NCBI GenBank assembly: GCA_973895155.1
Contig: OZ316891.1
Span: 10,479,875 to 10,543,874, forward strand
DNA length: 64,000 nt
Direction of reading: 5' to 3'
Source of the DNA: Marsupella aquatica
Lineage: Eukaryota; Plantae; Marchantiophyta
The notes beneath the pieces were generated by a model. That model saw only the letters and a list, made by a program, of their open reading frames with translations, searched no databases and was not told the origin of the DNA. The translations under genes and the position numbers were made by a program. How positions within the stretch are numbered: position 1 is the first letter of the stretch; each line of letters starts with the position of its first letter. Below are positions 26,302-39,619 of the stretch, in pieces.

Positions 26302-28899
26302 GAAATCATGTCCTTTATCCTCTTGCACCTATTTTGGACTTCCCATTTACTATTATATATATATGGCCTTTGGGCTCATTTTGGAGTAATAAGGTTTTAG
26401 CCCATGCATTTACTTTAATTCTTAATGTCTTGAATGAATGGTGTTAAGTCTATTTTAATTTGTTGTACTTGGTCAAATAGACATGAAGAGGTTTTTTGGT
26501 TGTAATGTGTATAGAATGTGCAACCATCTCAACAAATGTTACCACAAAGGTTGAGAGTAACATATCGGGAGATGGGTATGCCAGAAGAGGAAGAACCATT
26601 AGAGGGTGATTCCTCGTCAAGTAATGATGTAGGTGGTGCTGATGAGGAAGCCGCACCTTGGACTGATGACCAGGTCATGCATGATCAAGATAGAGCCATG
26701 GATGACTTCATGGTTGATTGGTTTGGTGCCGATGTTGAGGATGATGTGCCTCACATTGGTCATGAGGATGGCCCTTCAAACGACCCACGGCCACAACATA
26801 CTCCAGAGGGACAACAACAATGGAAAGAGGCAGAGGAACATGCTTGAACACCTCTTTTTGAGGGTGCTCGGTTGAGCCGTCTTTCTGCCATATTGGGGCT
26901 CTTGAACTTCAAGCCAAACACAAGGCAAGCAATTCTATGTTATCAGACATATTTGAATATTGTCATGACTTGATGTTACCCTCGGAGAATGTGTTGCCAA
27001 GGACTTGGAAGGATGCAAAGAAGGTTCTCTCATCCATTGGCATGGATTACCATATTATTCATGCCTGTGTGAATGGTTGCATGTTATTTCATGGGGATAC
27101 AACCCATATCACAGAATGCACAGTGTGTCATGAGCCACGGTATGAGCCAAACATGCTAACCCAGAAGGTACCAAAGAAAGCAGTTCGTTGGTTCCCTATA
27201 ATTCCTCACTTGTTGCACATGTATAGATGTTCTGACTTGGCCGAGTTGATGGTATGGCACAAGAAACATCGTTCGAAGCCTGGTGTCATGCGATTACCAG
27301 TTGACTCTCCTGCTCATAAACATGTGGAATCAACATGGCCAGATTTTGAGCATGACCCTCGGCATGTGCGACTGGGGTTGGCATCAGATGGAGTTAGCCC
27401 TCATTCACTTGGAGAGAAGGGGAGACCTACATCGGTCTGGCCTGTGGTTCTCATGAATTACAACCTTCCACCATGGTTGTCCATGAAAAAGGGTTTTTTG
27501 TTGCTATCTTTGATTATCCCAGGGCTAAAGAAGGTGAAGAACATGGACACCTATTTGATATTACTGGTTCAGAAACTCCAGAAATTATGGGAAGGAGTAT
27601 GGGCATATGATGGTCGAAAGACTACAGGGGGTACCCCATGGGTTTTCAAACTGAAAGGGGTTTGTATGTGGACCATGCATGACTACCCAGGTAAGAACTT
27701 TGTTGTTTAAATGCATCATATTCTAATGCATGGTATCCCCTCATTTCCATGTGCTAATCCTAACATAATGTGTGTTTATATGACCAGCATTTGACCAAGC
27801 CTTGGTGATGTAGCCAAGAATTCATGACATCTTCGCAAGATTGTTTATCTTGGGCATACAAAGTTTCTTCCAATGGGACATCAGATGAGGCGTGACCCAC
27901 TACTATTTCCCTCTATTGATATGCCCTTTGGTGACGAGCGTGATGTACCTGAGCCAACAACTTTTACACACTGGAAAGACATGGCTGCAAGAGTGGCAGA
28001 CCCAGAGGATCCCATGCAATTTGAGAGTAGTGGCTTGACAAGGTGGAGTATATTAACCACTTTGCCCTATTTGGGTGAGTTGAAGATCCACCATCTATTA
28101 GACCCCATGCACATTGAGGGAAATGTGGGAAACTAAGGCTTTGATAAAGGCTTTCTATGGAGAGAAAGACACTAACTTCAGGGAGGCTTGTGAGGATCTT
28201 GAGATGCATCCAAACGTGTGGGTCATAAGTGATCCTATCACTAGTAGAAAATGGGGCCTTTTATGACTAAGACACATATGACTGTTGTGCCCAAATGACA
28301 ATATATTTTAATGACAGGACATGAATGACACATAAATGACTGTCTATAATGACAGGGTGAAAAAATGACTAATAATTGCAATAGGGTCATTTAAACCAAT
28401 GAGCCAAATGACCGTGACTACTATAATGACAACACCAATGAGTTGTAGTCATTTTGGACAATCTTTGTCAATGACACAAATGACAATAACCTTGTCATAT
28501 CAATGTTTGACATTTGGGAAGTCATTTAGGACGACGGTGACTAATGACTACTAAAACAAATTTGGAAATATCAATGTTTAAAAATTTTAGTAGTCATTTA
28601 AACCTAAAGTGATAAATGACATGATAAACAATATATGACTATTTTGAGGTCTAGGGTTTTAGTATATGATTTAACTTTGTAGGGTATTATATATTAGCTA
28701 TCCAACACGCATGGTACTATAAAGACTAGGGGCACACACAAATTAGATTTTAAATATATTTTGAGACTTAACAGATAACATTTCTGGTGTAGGTTTAGGG
28801 TTTAGGTGCTAGATGTCTGTATTTGCTATTGTCATTTTTCCAATTACGCGGACTGTTATTTGCAAAGAATTGTAAGTCATTTATGCTTTCACTCAACTT

Positions 28900-30070
28900 T
28901 CTAGTCATTTGACAAGTGCCACTAAATGACATGAAAACAAGTCATTTGGGATGTCAATGTTGTGGTCATGTATGTCATGCACAATATGACTCCTAAGGGC
29001 CTTCGGTGTCTGATTGGCCATAATGGTGATAGGGGCCAACCATTAGGGATGCTACCCACTCCACATGGTGCCGGATGTAGAAGGCATAAACTCTGGGCCA
29101 CTAGTTATCGGGATTTGGCCTCGCTATAGTTTTTATGACCCAACTTTTGCACCTTGAAAGGGCATCACCCAACTTTCGGCAAAACACTCGCAAGTTGTAT
29201 GACTTTGGAGTCATTTGCCCAAACAGTTGCAAACCACACTCATTTTGTAAAGGATTTTGGGTCATTTGTGCGTGTGAATGAATATTTTTGTCATTTATGC
29301 AGTCTTTTGCACCTTTAAAATACACATTTTGCACCTTGGAAGAGCATCACCCAACTTTGGGCAAAACACTCCCAAGTTGTATGACTTTGGAGTCATTTGC
29401 TTGAAGGGATGCAAACCACTATTGCTTGGTCATTTGGAACAGAATTAGAGTCATTTGTGCACGTGACTACTTAAGGGTTTTTGTCATTTTGGGAGTGCCG
29501 GGAGACGTCATTTGTGCAAATGACACATAAATCAGTCATTCATGATGTCAATGTTGCAGTCATGCATGCCATGGGTAATATGACTTGTTTGGGCCATCGG
29601 GGGCTGATTGGCAATATTTGTGATTGTAGCCGGCCATTAGGGATGCTATCCACTCCACATGGTGCAAGATAGTGTACTCTCAAACCTTGCGCCACTAGTT
29701 ATGCCACTTTGTCTCCTAAAGGTTTTTTGTAGCCAACTTTTTGCACCAAGGAAGGGCACGGCCCAACTTTGGCCAAAACACTCCCATGTTGTATGACTTA
29801 GGAGTCATTTACCTAAAGTGGTCCATATCACTCCCATTTGGTCATACCCAAGGGATTCCGAGTCATTTTGCGAGTGATTGCACTTTTTGGTGATTTGTGG
29901 AGTCCTCTAATACGTCATTTATGCATTTGACATGAAAATGAGTCATTGTTGATGTCAATGCGGCAGTCACGCATGCCATGGACAATATGACTCTTTGGGG
30001 GCTTGGATGCGGGATTGGTCAGATTGGTGATAGGAGCCCACCATTAAGGATGCTACCCACAAAGAATGTA
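28900..30070. repeat. Internal diverged direct repeats in the CACTA-2 left arm
   Basis: GATGTCAATG..G..GTCA...CATTAGGGATGCTACCCAC blocks at about 28930, 29545 and 29950; CCAACTTT.G.CAAAACACTC.CAAGTTGTATGACTT at about 29170, 29350 and 29762. Confidence 0.8.
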
Positions 30071-33000
30071 TTGCATTTGGCTATTATAGAGTGCCGTGAG
30101 TTTAGGTTTTGGGCAATGACATCAAAACAAGTCATTTATGTTGTCAACCCTAGGACTGAGGACTATGAGATTAGTGATTTAATATGTGAGTGACTAATTT
30201 TATGAGAATGTCCACCAAATGACTTCCTCACTTAGGTAATTGTGACGTGTCAATGAGGATGTACATCCTAAACCTATGCATATGTGCGTAATTTGTTTTG
30301 TGTTACATGCATATACTATTTGGGAATTTTGGCACCTAGGTTTCCACATCAATGGGTTTCAAAGGCCACCAGTACATTAAGTTTTTGAGTCACTGGTTAT
30401 TGTAAATGGTAATACATACTTGTGACAAGTATTTGTGTCATCAAAAAAGCATTTGGCCCCAAACTTCCTCCATCTTCTAAAATTGATTGGCGAGGGGATA
30501 ATAATGTTAGAGGGGTATTATGGAACCTGGAGATTGACTCCATTACTACCCTCAACATCCCAATAAAATTCCCGTTGGTGTCCCAAAGCTTATTTGCCAA
30601 CCATGTGTCATCCTGTCATGCCCCGACCCTATCTTCCTTGGATCCCATGAAACAATGCCTGGCCACATTGGATCCCATTTTCCCATAAGAAATTCAGACC
30701 TGGGTTTAGGGTCGCCCGATCAGTCACACCGGTCACACAAGTCACAAGTTCACGTTGGGAGTTTAGCTATTCTCGTGAAGTTGAGCAGCGAGTGGAGGTT
30801 TAGGGTGAATTGAGCGGTGAGTTGAAGTGCGAGGTCGCTGCTGCGCGTAAGATTGGTGCTGAGCAGTGAGTTGAGGTGCAAGGGCACTGCTGTGAGGTCG
30901 CTGCTACGAGGTTGCTGTGAGGTCACTGCTATGAGGTCGCTGCTATGAGGTCGCTGTTGCATTTTAGGGCGAAGGAGTTGAGGTCCGCTGCGCCTATGTT
31001 TCTTGAAGGTCGTGCATGCTGCTCCCCATCTTTTCAGTGTGGATGGAGTGTGGCCCGGTCTCTTGCGCTTAGTCTCTGCATTCCATCCGCAAGCCATTCG
31101 TGAGGTGGGATTGATCGGTGAGGACGGTGGGATTGATTCGAAGCTGTGCACTGTGAATAGGGAGGCATTTGCGTTTGGGACTAGCTTTGGCCGTGGGTTG
31201 TCATTAGGGAAAAACCAGGTGAAAGGGACCGAGCTCAAGCTGCGCGCACTTGGGCAATGCTAACCGTCCTACATGTTGGAGCTGCAACGTGAACGAGAGT
31301 TTTGCTCTACACCTTTGGCTAGAGCTACGGAGGGAGTTGCTGCAACACCACTGCCGCTACCTGCTACCATTTCATCCACATCGAATACAGTGCGTCTCTG
31401 AGGTATCTTGGATAGTTGTGCATTCTCTGTCCACCTGCTGTGCTTCTTCCCCCTGCCGGCCATGCTTTGATTTCATGCTTCCTGTCCCCTTTGCCATGCT
31501 GAAAATTTAGCGCTTTTGCTTCCCCTTTGCTGGATGCTGCCCATTACAATCGTAAATTGAAGTTCTCCCTTTCCAATGCGCCTAGTATTAGTCCCAACCT
31601 CATTTGCCATTCAGTTATGTACATCGAGCTTGTGTAAGTGTGTCCCTGTTTCTGACCCTTGCCTAAATGTTCTACCTTGGGTACCTTGCTATCAGGTATT
31701 TTGCTGTCTCTCATTTCCGAGTCCTTGTTTGCTGGAATTTGCTCTTCAATCATGAAAAACAAAGATACCAGTATTTTGTACCAGACCTGAGTTGCTGGAA
31801 TGTTATTGATCTTTGTACAGGGTTGGGATTGTTGCTTTGTTGGCTTGGGATTCACAGTCCCTGTATAATATTCACTGATTTGTTTCTGTCATTGTCTGGC
31901 CATGGTCCAAGTTTTGTCTTTTGGTATACTGCGCTTACTATGCAATGTCGTGCAGTATACTCGTTTCCTGCGAATTGAGCATTGAGCCAATTGGAGGTGG
32001 ACATTGGAGTTGCAACAACCTACAAGGTTAGTTGTGCTAATCTTGAATCCGTTGTAGTCAGCGCCCCCCTCCCTCACAAAAAGTTGCGGTCCTGCCTATC
32101 CCGGGTCTCTTTTGAATTGAAGACCAAGCTCTGTTTGACAACATCTAATTTCCTATGTAGCGGTAGGTCTCTGTTGCTTTTTCGACGGATTGCTTGCTCA
32201 AGCTTAGGGAAAGAATTGAAATATTTGCCTTCTATCCTACTCCTTCACCTGCGAGCATTGACTTTTTTTAATGTTTTTTCAAAGTAGCCACTAAATACTG
32301 TGTGACTGCTAAGGTTTGCTCGTTGTGAGGAGATCCATGATAGTTTTGACTCTTCCCAAATCTTACCTGTGTTGGAACCACATTGGACCTACATATCTGC
32401 AGAGACTAGTTGCTGCCGAGGTGCGATTGGAGCTGCATTCCTGCCTGCATTTCCGCTTGCATCAATTTTAAGGATTCTAAGGAAGATTGGACCTCTGTTT
32501 GGTAGTGGTGCTACCTAACAAGGGTCCAGTGGAGGTGGGCTTGCTCCAGTTTTGCTTGCATTATTGTCGTGTGTCTACTGTCGTTATTGGTTTATTGTTG
32601 AGATTATCTGAGAAACCCTCATTGTCTTTAGAAGAGATGATGGGAGTGATTTGTAGGATGTGTTTGAATTGCAAACTTTTTTGGATTAATTTTTGCTATT
32701 CAAAATTACCTTGTCTGTCTGGTGATCCCATCAAATATAATGTCTTTGTTGATCCATCACTGAAAAAACCCCGGCTCTGCGTGGAGTTAAATGAACCAAA
32801 GTAAGAGTTGTTGCTGAGGTTCTACCTGAGCCATTGCATTGAGCCATGTTTGCTCTTCTACTCAATCTCTCGTATTTTGTTTGTTTCTCAACACCTCTAA
32901 TAGAAATTGAGTACATAAGAATTTAGAGGCAGCATTGGTAATTCCTTGATTGATCACTACATTTACCAAGTATGTTTAACTTGTTGCTCTCTGCGCAGAA

Positions 33001-33203
33001 CACATAAACCAGAGCCAAGTTATTTTTGACATTGCTTCTACTCCGTGAGACTGAGTTGGGCAGGACATCTTCTGACGTGTACTTAAACCTCAGATTACGG
33101 TAAGTACACTACGCATACCATCTTTGTACTTGTTTGTTGCCCTTCTCCATAGACTTCTTGTAATATTTAAGGTAATTGTGCAGATCCACACATCACATCA
33201 GGC

Positions 33204-33902
33204 ATGGCACGGGCTGCTACTGCATGGCTGGATCCAAAGTTTGCCCATAAAGAGCACCTTCGCATGGATCCCCCTTGTTGTTTTGAATGTGATGAGGGAG
33301 GTACTGTTTTGTTCTGCGATGGGCCTTGCAGTCGTCATTTCCATTACTTAGTTGTTGGGCAGGATCCCGAGGAGCCTGATGGCCATGGGTCTGAGTGCAC
33401 ACGCATTGCCATTTCTAGAGGGCATGATTGGGCCAAGGAATGGCTCTGTGAACTCTGCCAGCAGAACCGAGGTCGTTGCTTTGCTTGTGGACTACTTGGC
33501 CGAACCCTAAAGCCCACTACAGATGAGCCCCTTGTGGTTCAATGTGCACAAGATGATTGCTTTTCTTTCTATCACGTGGGTTGTCTGCGGACCATACTGA
33601 GGGCAAGGGAGTTGCCTCTCTTGGGGTATGCAGAGAACTTAGATGCACATCCCGCTGCTCTGATATGCCCAAGGCATTATTGTAATGTTTGCAAGGAGTA
33701 TCGGGATGGCATCTGGGAATTTATCCAGTGTCGTAGGTGCCCTCGTGCGTGGTGTAGGGATGAGGGACCAGAGGCAGACAAACACCTCAAGAGAGGGGTG
33801 AAGGGTAGAGAAATGTGGGATATTGGACCATGGCGTATGGTGTACTGCAATCGCCATGTCATTCCAGAGGGTTCTGAGGTGCCACCACATGATTTCAAAT
33901 AG
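33204..33902 (+). CDS. Stand-alone EDM2/NSD-type composite PHD-finger protein (232 aa, intact, intronless), CACTA-2 cargo
   Basis: CFECDEGGTVLFCDGPCSRHFH..WLCELC..CFACGLLG..VVQCAQDDCFSFYHVGC..ICPRHYCNVC..FIQCRRCPRAW..MVYCNRHVI follows the Cys/His order I recall for the EDM2 PHD region. Confidence 0.82.
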   Translation: MARAATAWLDPKFAHKEHLRMDPPCCFECDEGGTVLFCDGPCSRHFHYLVVGQDPEEPDGHGSECTRIAISRGHDWAKEWLCELCQQNRGRCFACGLLGRTLKPTTDEPLVVQCAQDDCFSFYHVGCLRTILRARELPLLGYAENLDAHPAALICPRHYCNVCKEYRDGIWEFIQCRRCPRAWCRDEGPEADKHLKRGVKGREMWDIGPWRMVYCNRHVIPEGSEVPPHDFK

Positions 33903-33959
33903 ATCATAATTAAGCCTTCAGTTGTGTAGAAAACACTGCATAGTACAAAGTATACTGAA

Positions 33960-34240
33960 GTTAAAATGGGCTAAGGACTTATGGAAGTATACTGGACATA
34001 AAAAAAATGGACTAAAGGGGTACAGTGGAGCACCTGAGTTTTTGGTTGGATGAAAATGGAGTACTGTGTCAAGTTGGATTCAATGGACTAAGTTGAATTG
34101 GACTAAAGTAGGATGATTGTATGAAATGGACTCAACTGTTTGATTGTATGAAAAGGACTAAATTGTCTGATTGTATGAAGTGGACTACACTGTCTAATGG
34201 ACTAAACTCAAATGGACTAAACTGTGTGATTGTATGAAAT
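33960..34240. repeat. Short degenerate tandem repeats (AAATGGACTAA / GATTGTATGAA)
   Basis: About 10 TGGACT-containing units between the two cargo ORFs. Confidence 0.6.
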
Positions 34241-34321
34241 AGTTGAATGCTAAATTGTTGCATGAAATTCATTGAAGCGTTTGGGTTGGATAAGCTATTG
34301 CTTCTTGTATTTGTTATAGTG

Positions 34322-34768
34322 ATGCCAAGGACGCGCAGCAGCTTGGGAGCTGACCTTGAAAGCAGAGCTGAGAGGCTACGCCTGAAGCTGAGTGGAATGA
34401 GGTTAGTGCCTGCCAGTTCTGCTGTGCAATGGGAGTATTCGCCTGTACATAGAGACACGTACAGTCGGCCCATTACTCTGGATGCTCCACCCTTGCCCAT
34501 AGGTTTTTGTATTGTGGCAGTTGATAATGGAGTGGTACAACCAGAGCAGATATGCTACTCTGCCTGTATCCACAGTTGTGAGGATTTTTGCCCAAAATTT
34601 CGAGTGCGCCCAGGGGATATATATAGGCGGGATGGATACAATAGGCTACAGAGGAGGTGTGCCTGTATAATATTCCACCATGATGAGCCAGTCTTGGGAC
34701 CAGGGGTTGAGACTGTTTGCCCTAGAGTAGAGCAACACTTACTGGAGAAAGACCAGTATCAATTCTGA
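34322..34768 (+). CDS. Hypothetical 148-aa Cys/His-containing protein, CACTA-2 cargo
   Basis: Uninterrupted ORF MPRTRSS...CYSACIHSCEDFC...RRCACIIFHHD, GC-richer than its flanks; no family recognised. Confidence 0.5.
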   Translation: MPRTRSSLGADLESRAERLRLKLSGMRLVPASSAVQWEYSPVHRDTYSRPITLDAPPLPIGFCIVAVDNGVVQPEQICYSACIHSCEDFCPKFRVRPGDIYRRDGYNRLQRRCACIIFHHDEPVLGPGVETVCPRVEQHLLEKDQYQF

Positions 34769-35744
34769 TTGTATGATGACTGTTAAGAGTGTCAGTGGCA
34801 AACATGTGAAGAGCCTGAATGGAGATACATAACAAAAAAACTAAAAAACATCACACTGACCTGAGCAAGACCTAAAATCCACCCAAGGTCTTAAAATTTT
34901 TGTTGTCCCTTTTCAGGGATCTGGCCATAAGAAGGCAAACTTCACTTAATGTCTTTCAAGTATTGTAGTATAATTGCCTTTCTAAACCCACAGCCTTAAG
35001 AACGCTCTCAACCCGGGTCTCTGAACTTTCTCAAATTTTCTCATTTTTGATAATTTTGAAGACTGAGTGTGTATTTCATTCTTACTACTGCACAAAAACA
35101 CTATATGTTTAATTAAATATGTACATTACATGAAACCCTTCTGGAATCTATTCTAGTACCTGCCCACAACAAACTGCCTTGATGAAGAGGATCATTTCAA
35201 CAAATGAATTCAAAAGACAAAGAATGAAGGAGGGGATTGTTGGACATTATGATTAATGTTTGTTATTGTACTCACTGTTTTGAAGGGTCCAAGATTGCTG
35301 ACTACTGTGAACACCCTTGCCCTAAATCTGGTTGAGGTAGGCCTTTATTTGGTTTTGTAAACTTTTGTCATTTTGATTTGTACAATTCAGGTCTCCTTCA
35401 AATACCCAATGCCACTTACAATATGAAATGAGATTAGGTAACGTACACCCAAGTAAATAATTTCTGATCAAGTTGCTAATATGTCATCTGTTTACCTGTT
35501 GCTGGCATGCATGAACTATTCTATTGGCAAACGGGGCTAAAGTGGGAGTTGCCTTTACCTCAGTTGGAGTCCAGTACCTCAAATGTATGTCTAATTCTTC
35601 ACTTGTGCACACATTTGCTTCACATGACGCTCTAGAAGATGGTATGGAAGGGTTTTGGAGTTGTCTAGAACAATTAATATGCTCTGCAAGATGTCAAAGA
35701 AGAAAGATGTGCAACTGTGTTTTTGATTAGGTAGTGCTGCAATC

Positions 35745-38700
35745 ATGGCTTCTTCTAGCCAGGTTGGGTCACATAACACTGCATATACAATAGAGGCAGA
35801 CAACCTGAGAAGTTTACCTCTTTCCCATCCACGTCAAATACAACGTCGTGATGATAACTTATGGGCTCGGGAACAGACAACTTGCTCTGGTAGTGCTGAT
35901 CATAGAATGTATTGCTCTTGCATGGAATGCAAAGGGATTGTTAAGACTACTCGAAAGACCAGTCGATAACATCTTCTTAAATATGGCCGCTACCCTGCCT
36001 GTCGAGTGTGGATAGGAGAGGGTGAAGACTCTTCTGATGAGGAGTGGAGATCCAATTACATCTGTAACTCTGGTCCAGAGGCACTGAGGGCAGGAATGTC
36101 TCGAGAGGCATTCCACTCAGGCCAGCCATCAATAGATGTTGAAGAGCAGGTCAGAGTTTTACTTCAGGAGACATTGGCAAGAGCTTCTGAAGAGTCTGAC
36201 GAATATGTGGATAATGATCCTCCTTTTGATATAGATTCAATGTTTCAAAATGATGAGAATGAGGCAGATCCACCCTCTGCTGAGACCAGGGCTGAGGACA
36301 CACCTACAGCGCGCAGGGCATCCTGTAAATCCTGTCCCTCTGCAAGGGTCTTTACAAGAAGCCATGAAACCCTTATTTCCAGTCAGTAAGATAGATGTAG
36401 TTTCCTTCATGTTGTTGTTTTTAAACATCTGTCACAACAATAGGTTCTCGAACACGGGAGTGAATGCCATGCTGTCTTTGTTGACTGAGCATGGAATGCC
36501 AACAGAGCACACTCTCCCTAAAAACCTATATGCTGCAAAACAATTACTGAGAAAATTGGGTTTAGACTATGAGAGAATCCCAGTCTGTGAGAATGGATGT
36601 ATGTTACTTAGAAATGAGACTGCAGAGTTGGACAATTGTTCCAAGTGTAATCAGCCAAAGATGAAGTTAGTGGGGAATTCTTTACAGCCTGTGAAGGTCT
36701 TGAGATATTTCTCTATAATCCCTCGATTGAAGAGATTGTATGCCACTAAGGGTACATCTAAGCTAATGACTTGGCATCATGAGAACAAGAGCAAGGACAA
36801 CATGGTCCGACATCCAGCAGATTCAAAGGCATGGAAACATGTGGACACAGAGATCGACCCTGCTTTTGCTGCTGAGCCAAGGAATGTGCGAATGGGATTG
36901 GCACTTGATGGGGTAAATCCATTTGGGAATAATTCTACTGCCTGGTCTACATGGCCAATCCTATTGTTGAATTATAATATCCCTCCTTGGCTTTCCACAA
37001 AGAAGTTTTTTGTCATGCTGGCTCTTCTAATTCCAGGTCCTGTGTCTGTAAGCGAGGAACAATTTGATGTATACATGGCTCCACTTGTGGATGATCTTGA
37101 GAGATTATGGTCAGAAGGAGTGGATTGTTTTGATGTTCTACCAAGGCTAGGATTGCAACAAGAGTTCAAGCTAAGGGCTTCAGTATTGTGGACAATCAAT
37201 GATTATCCTGCATATGGATTAGTCTCTGGCCAACAACATGCAGGGTACAAAGGATGTGTGGTTTGTGGGCCAAATTGTGTGGCACATGGTTCAAAACAGT
37301 TGGGCAAGTTACTGTTTGCTGGCCATCGTCGTTGGTTACCACAGAGACACTATTTTTGCACAGAGGAAGTGGCAAAATACTTTAATGGTGAGGTAGAGGC
37401 ACGAGCTGCACCGTGTAGAGTGTCCAGCTCTGATAGGAAACGTTGGGGAGAAAAGGCCGCTAAATATGTGGAGAAGAAACCAGGGAATGCGCTGGATGAT
37501 GAAAACTCTCCAGTAAAGAAGAATGGAGTGAAGAGGGTTACTGGATTATACAAGCTGCCGTACTGGAGTGTAAGTATCCGGTTTCCCATATTGAATCCCT
37601 CAGTGTGTATTAATGTTAAGTAGCAAAGAGTAACATTTCTTATTTTAACTTAGTTTGTACTGAACTGTGCGTCCAATGCAGAAACTTCTCATCAACCATT
37701 GTTTGGATCCCATGCACTGTGAGAAAAATCTTGCACACAACATTGTGCACACTATTTTGGGGACAAAGGATACTCCTTCTGTTCGAGAAGACATAAAAGC
37801 ATGGACGTGCGGGAACACTTGTGGCTGGTTCCAAATCCAGATCCAAAAAAAGATTCAAAGATCATGCCGCCAGCCCCATACTGCCTCAGTAAGACAGAGA
37901 AGACTAAGTTCTTAGAGGTATTGTTGACCTTTAAAGGGCCCACTGGTTTCAGCAGTTCTCTGGCTAAATGTGTCACAGTTAAGAAGAAGTTATCAGGGCT
38001 GAAATCTCACGATTTCCATCACCTCATGCAACAAATCCTTCCATTGGCAACAATGGGATTACTTGATGAAGGTGTTCGGTTGGCCATAGCCAGAGTGAGC
38101 AATGTGTGGCGTACCATCTGTGCCAAGTTTGGGATCCCTCACAGTACGACTCTGTGATGATGGATGTTGCATTCACACTCTTCCTTATGGAAATTCATTT
38201 CCCACCAAGCTTCTTTGATGTCATGACCCATCTGTTGATTCATCTGGTTCAGGAACTAGACATCTGTGGTCCAGTGAACATTAGATGGATGTACCCAATA
38301 GAAAGATATCTAAAGACCTTGAAGGGTTATGTTCGAAATAAGGCACGTCCAGAGGCTTCTATGGCTGAAGGCTATCTTCTGGATGAATCTTTAGGATTCC
38401 TTTCTGAATACATGATCGATGTTAAGGGGACAGGAATGACAACATGGGACTTGGAGGAGAATCCTGGTGTTGCAGGCATTGTCTTGGAAGGAGCTGGAAA
38501 ACAAATCACCTTGGAGTGGAATGATATGATAGCTATGCATCATTACATACTGGAGAATGAAGAGCTGGTGGAACCATGGTATAGGTATGAGCATGCATGG
38601 TTTATATTGTTAAGTTCTTTGTTGTTTATTATTAAACATAATTGAGTTTTGAGCAGAAATTGTGTGGGCCTAGGAGCTGACTATCATTCTTGCCATGCAG

Positions 38701-39541
38701 GGTTTATGATGATCAAAAGGAGGCAGTTACCAAGCACAGAGCAAATTTCCAGAAAGAATGGATGAAGAATCCAAGAAATCAGAGGAATCCTGTGCCTTAT
38801 CCCTCTGATTTGGATGAGTTGCCTCTTTTTAGAGAATGGTTTGAAGTGACAATTAGAAGGCATAATTTTGAGAATGAGTTTGAACGAATGGTGTTGGCAG
38901 CGTATAGTGTACCACCTAGTCTGAAGGCACTGCGGTACAGGGCCTGCAGAGCCTATGGGCACCATTGGAGGACCATTCCATCACTAGGTTCCTTGATTGA
39001 TTGTGACTCATCTGGGTTCAAGACTTTTGATTCTGGGATGGCTTGTACATTCACTGAGAAGCGGGTCATTAGGCCAGGGGCAACAGTAGATGAATCTGTA
39101 CAATATGTGGGGGTGTTGACAGACATCTTAGTGTTGAACTATAGGCCTCTGATAAAGGAAGTGGTCCTTTTCAAAGGAAGGTGGGCAAACCCATCTTGGA
39201 CTCCCAAAGCCACTGCAAGTATGAGATATGATGCGTCTGGATTGTGGCAAGTAAATTTTCAGAAGGAGTTGGGTGCTTCCAAGAAAATGGACTATGTATT
39301 GCCATGACAGATAGAACAAGTGTTTTTTTACCCAAATGATAAGGGGATTGCATGGAGGACAATCCTCCACAAGGAATCCAGGTCTACAAGGGTGTTGGGT
39401 GATTACATGGAAGTTGATTTCCATGATACTATGGATGACAATGCTAAGTTTCATATAGAGTTGGCAGAAGCCTGTACAACTAGACAGGAGCCTGGACCAA
39501 GTACTACAGACAAAGGAAAAAGGAAGTATAAAAGGAAATGA
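35745..39541 (+). pseudogene. CACTA-2 TnpD-type transposase
   Basis: MYCSCMEC, IPVCENGCML, RHPADSKAW, RNVRMGLALDG, YNIPPW, WTINDYPAYG, LDPMHCEKN, GLKSHDFH, FPPSFFDVMTH, RWMYPIER, RNKARPEASMAEGY. Introns at about 37571-37681 and 38585-38700; frameshifts and stops. Confidence 0.93.
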
Positions 39542-39619
39542 ATGGTTTGAAGATACTGTACAGTCCGGTTTCATTTAGTTGGGAGTGGGATCATACTAAC
39601 ATGGCATGCCATAGTCTAG

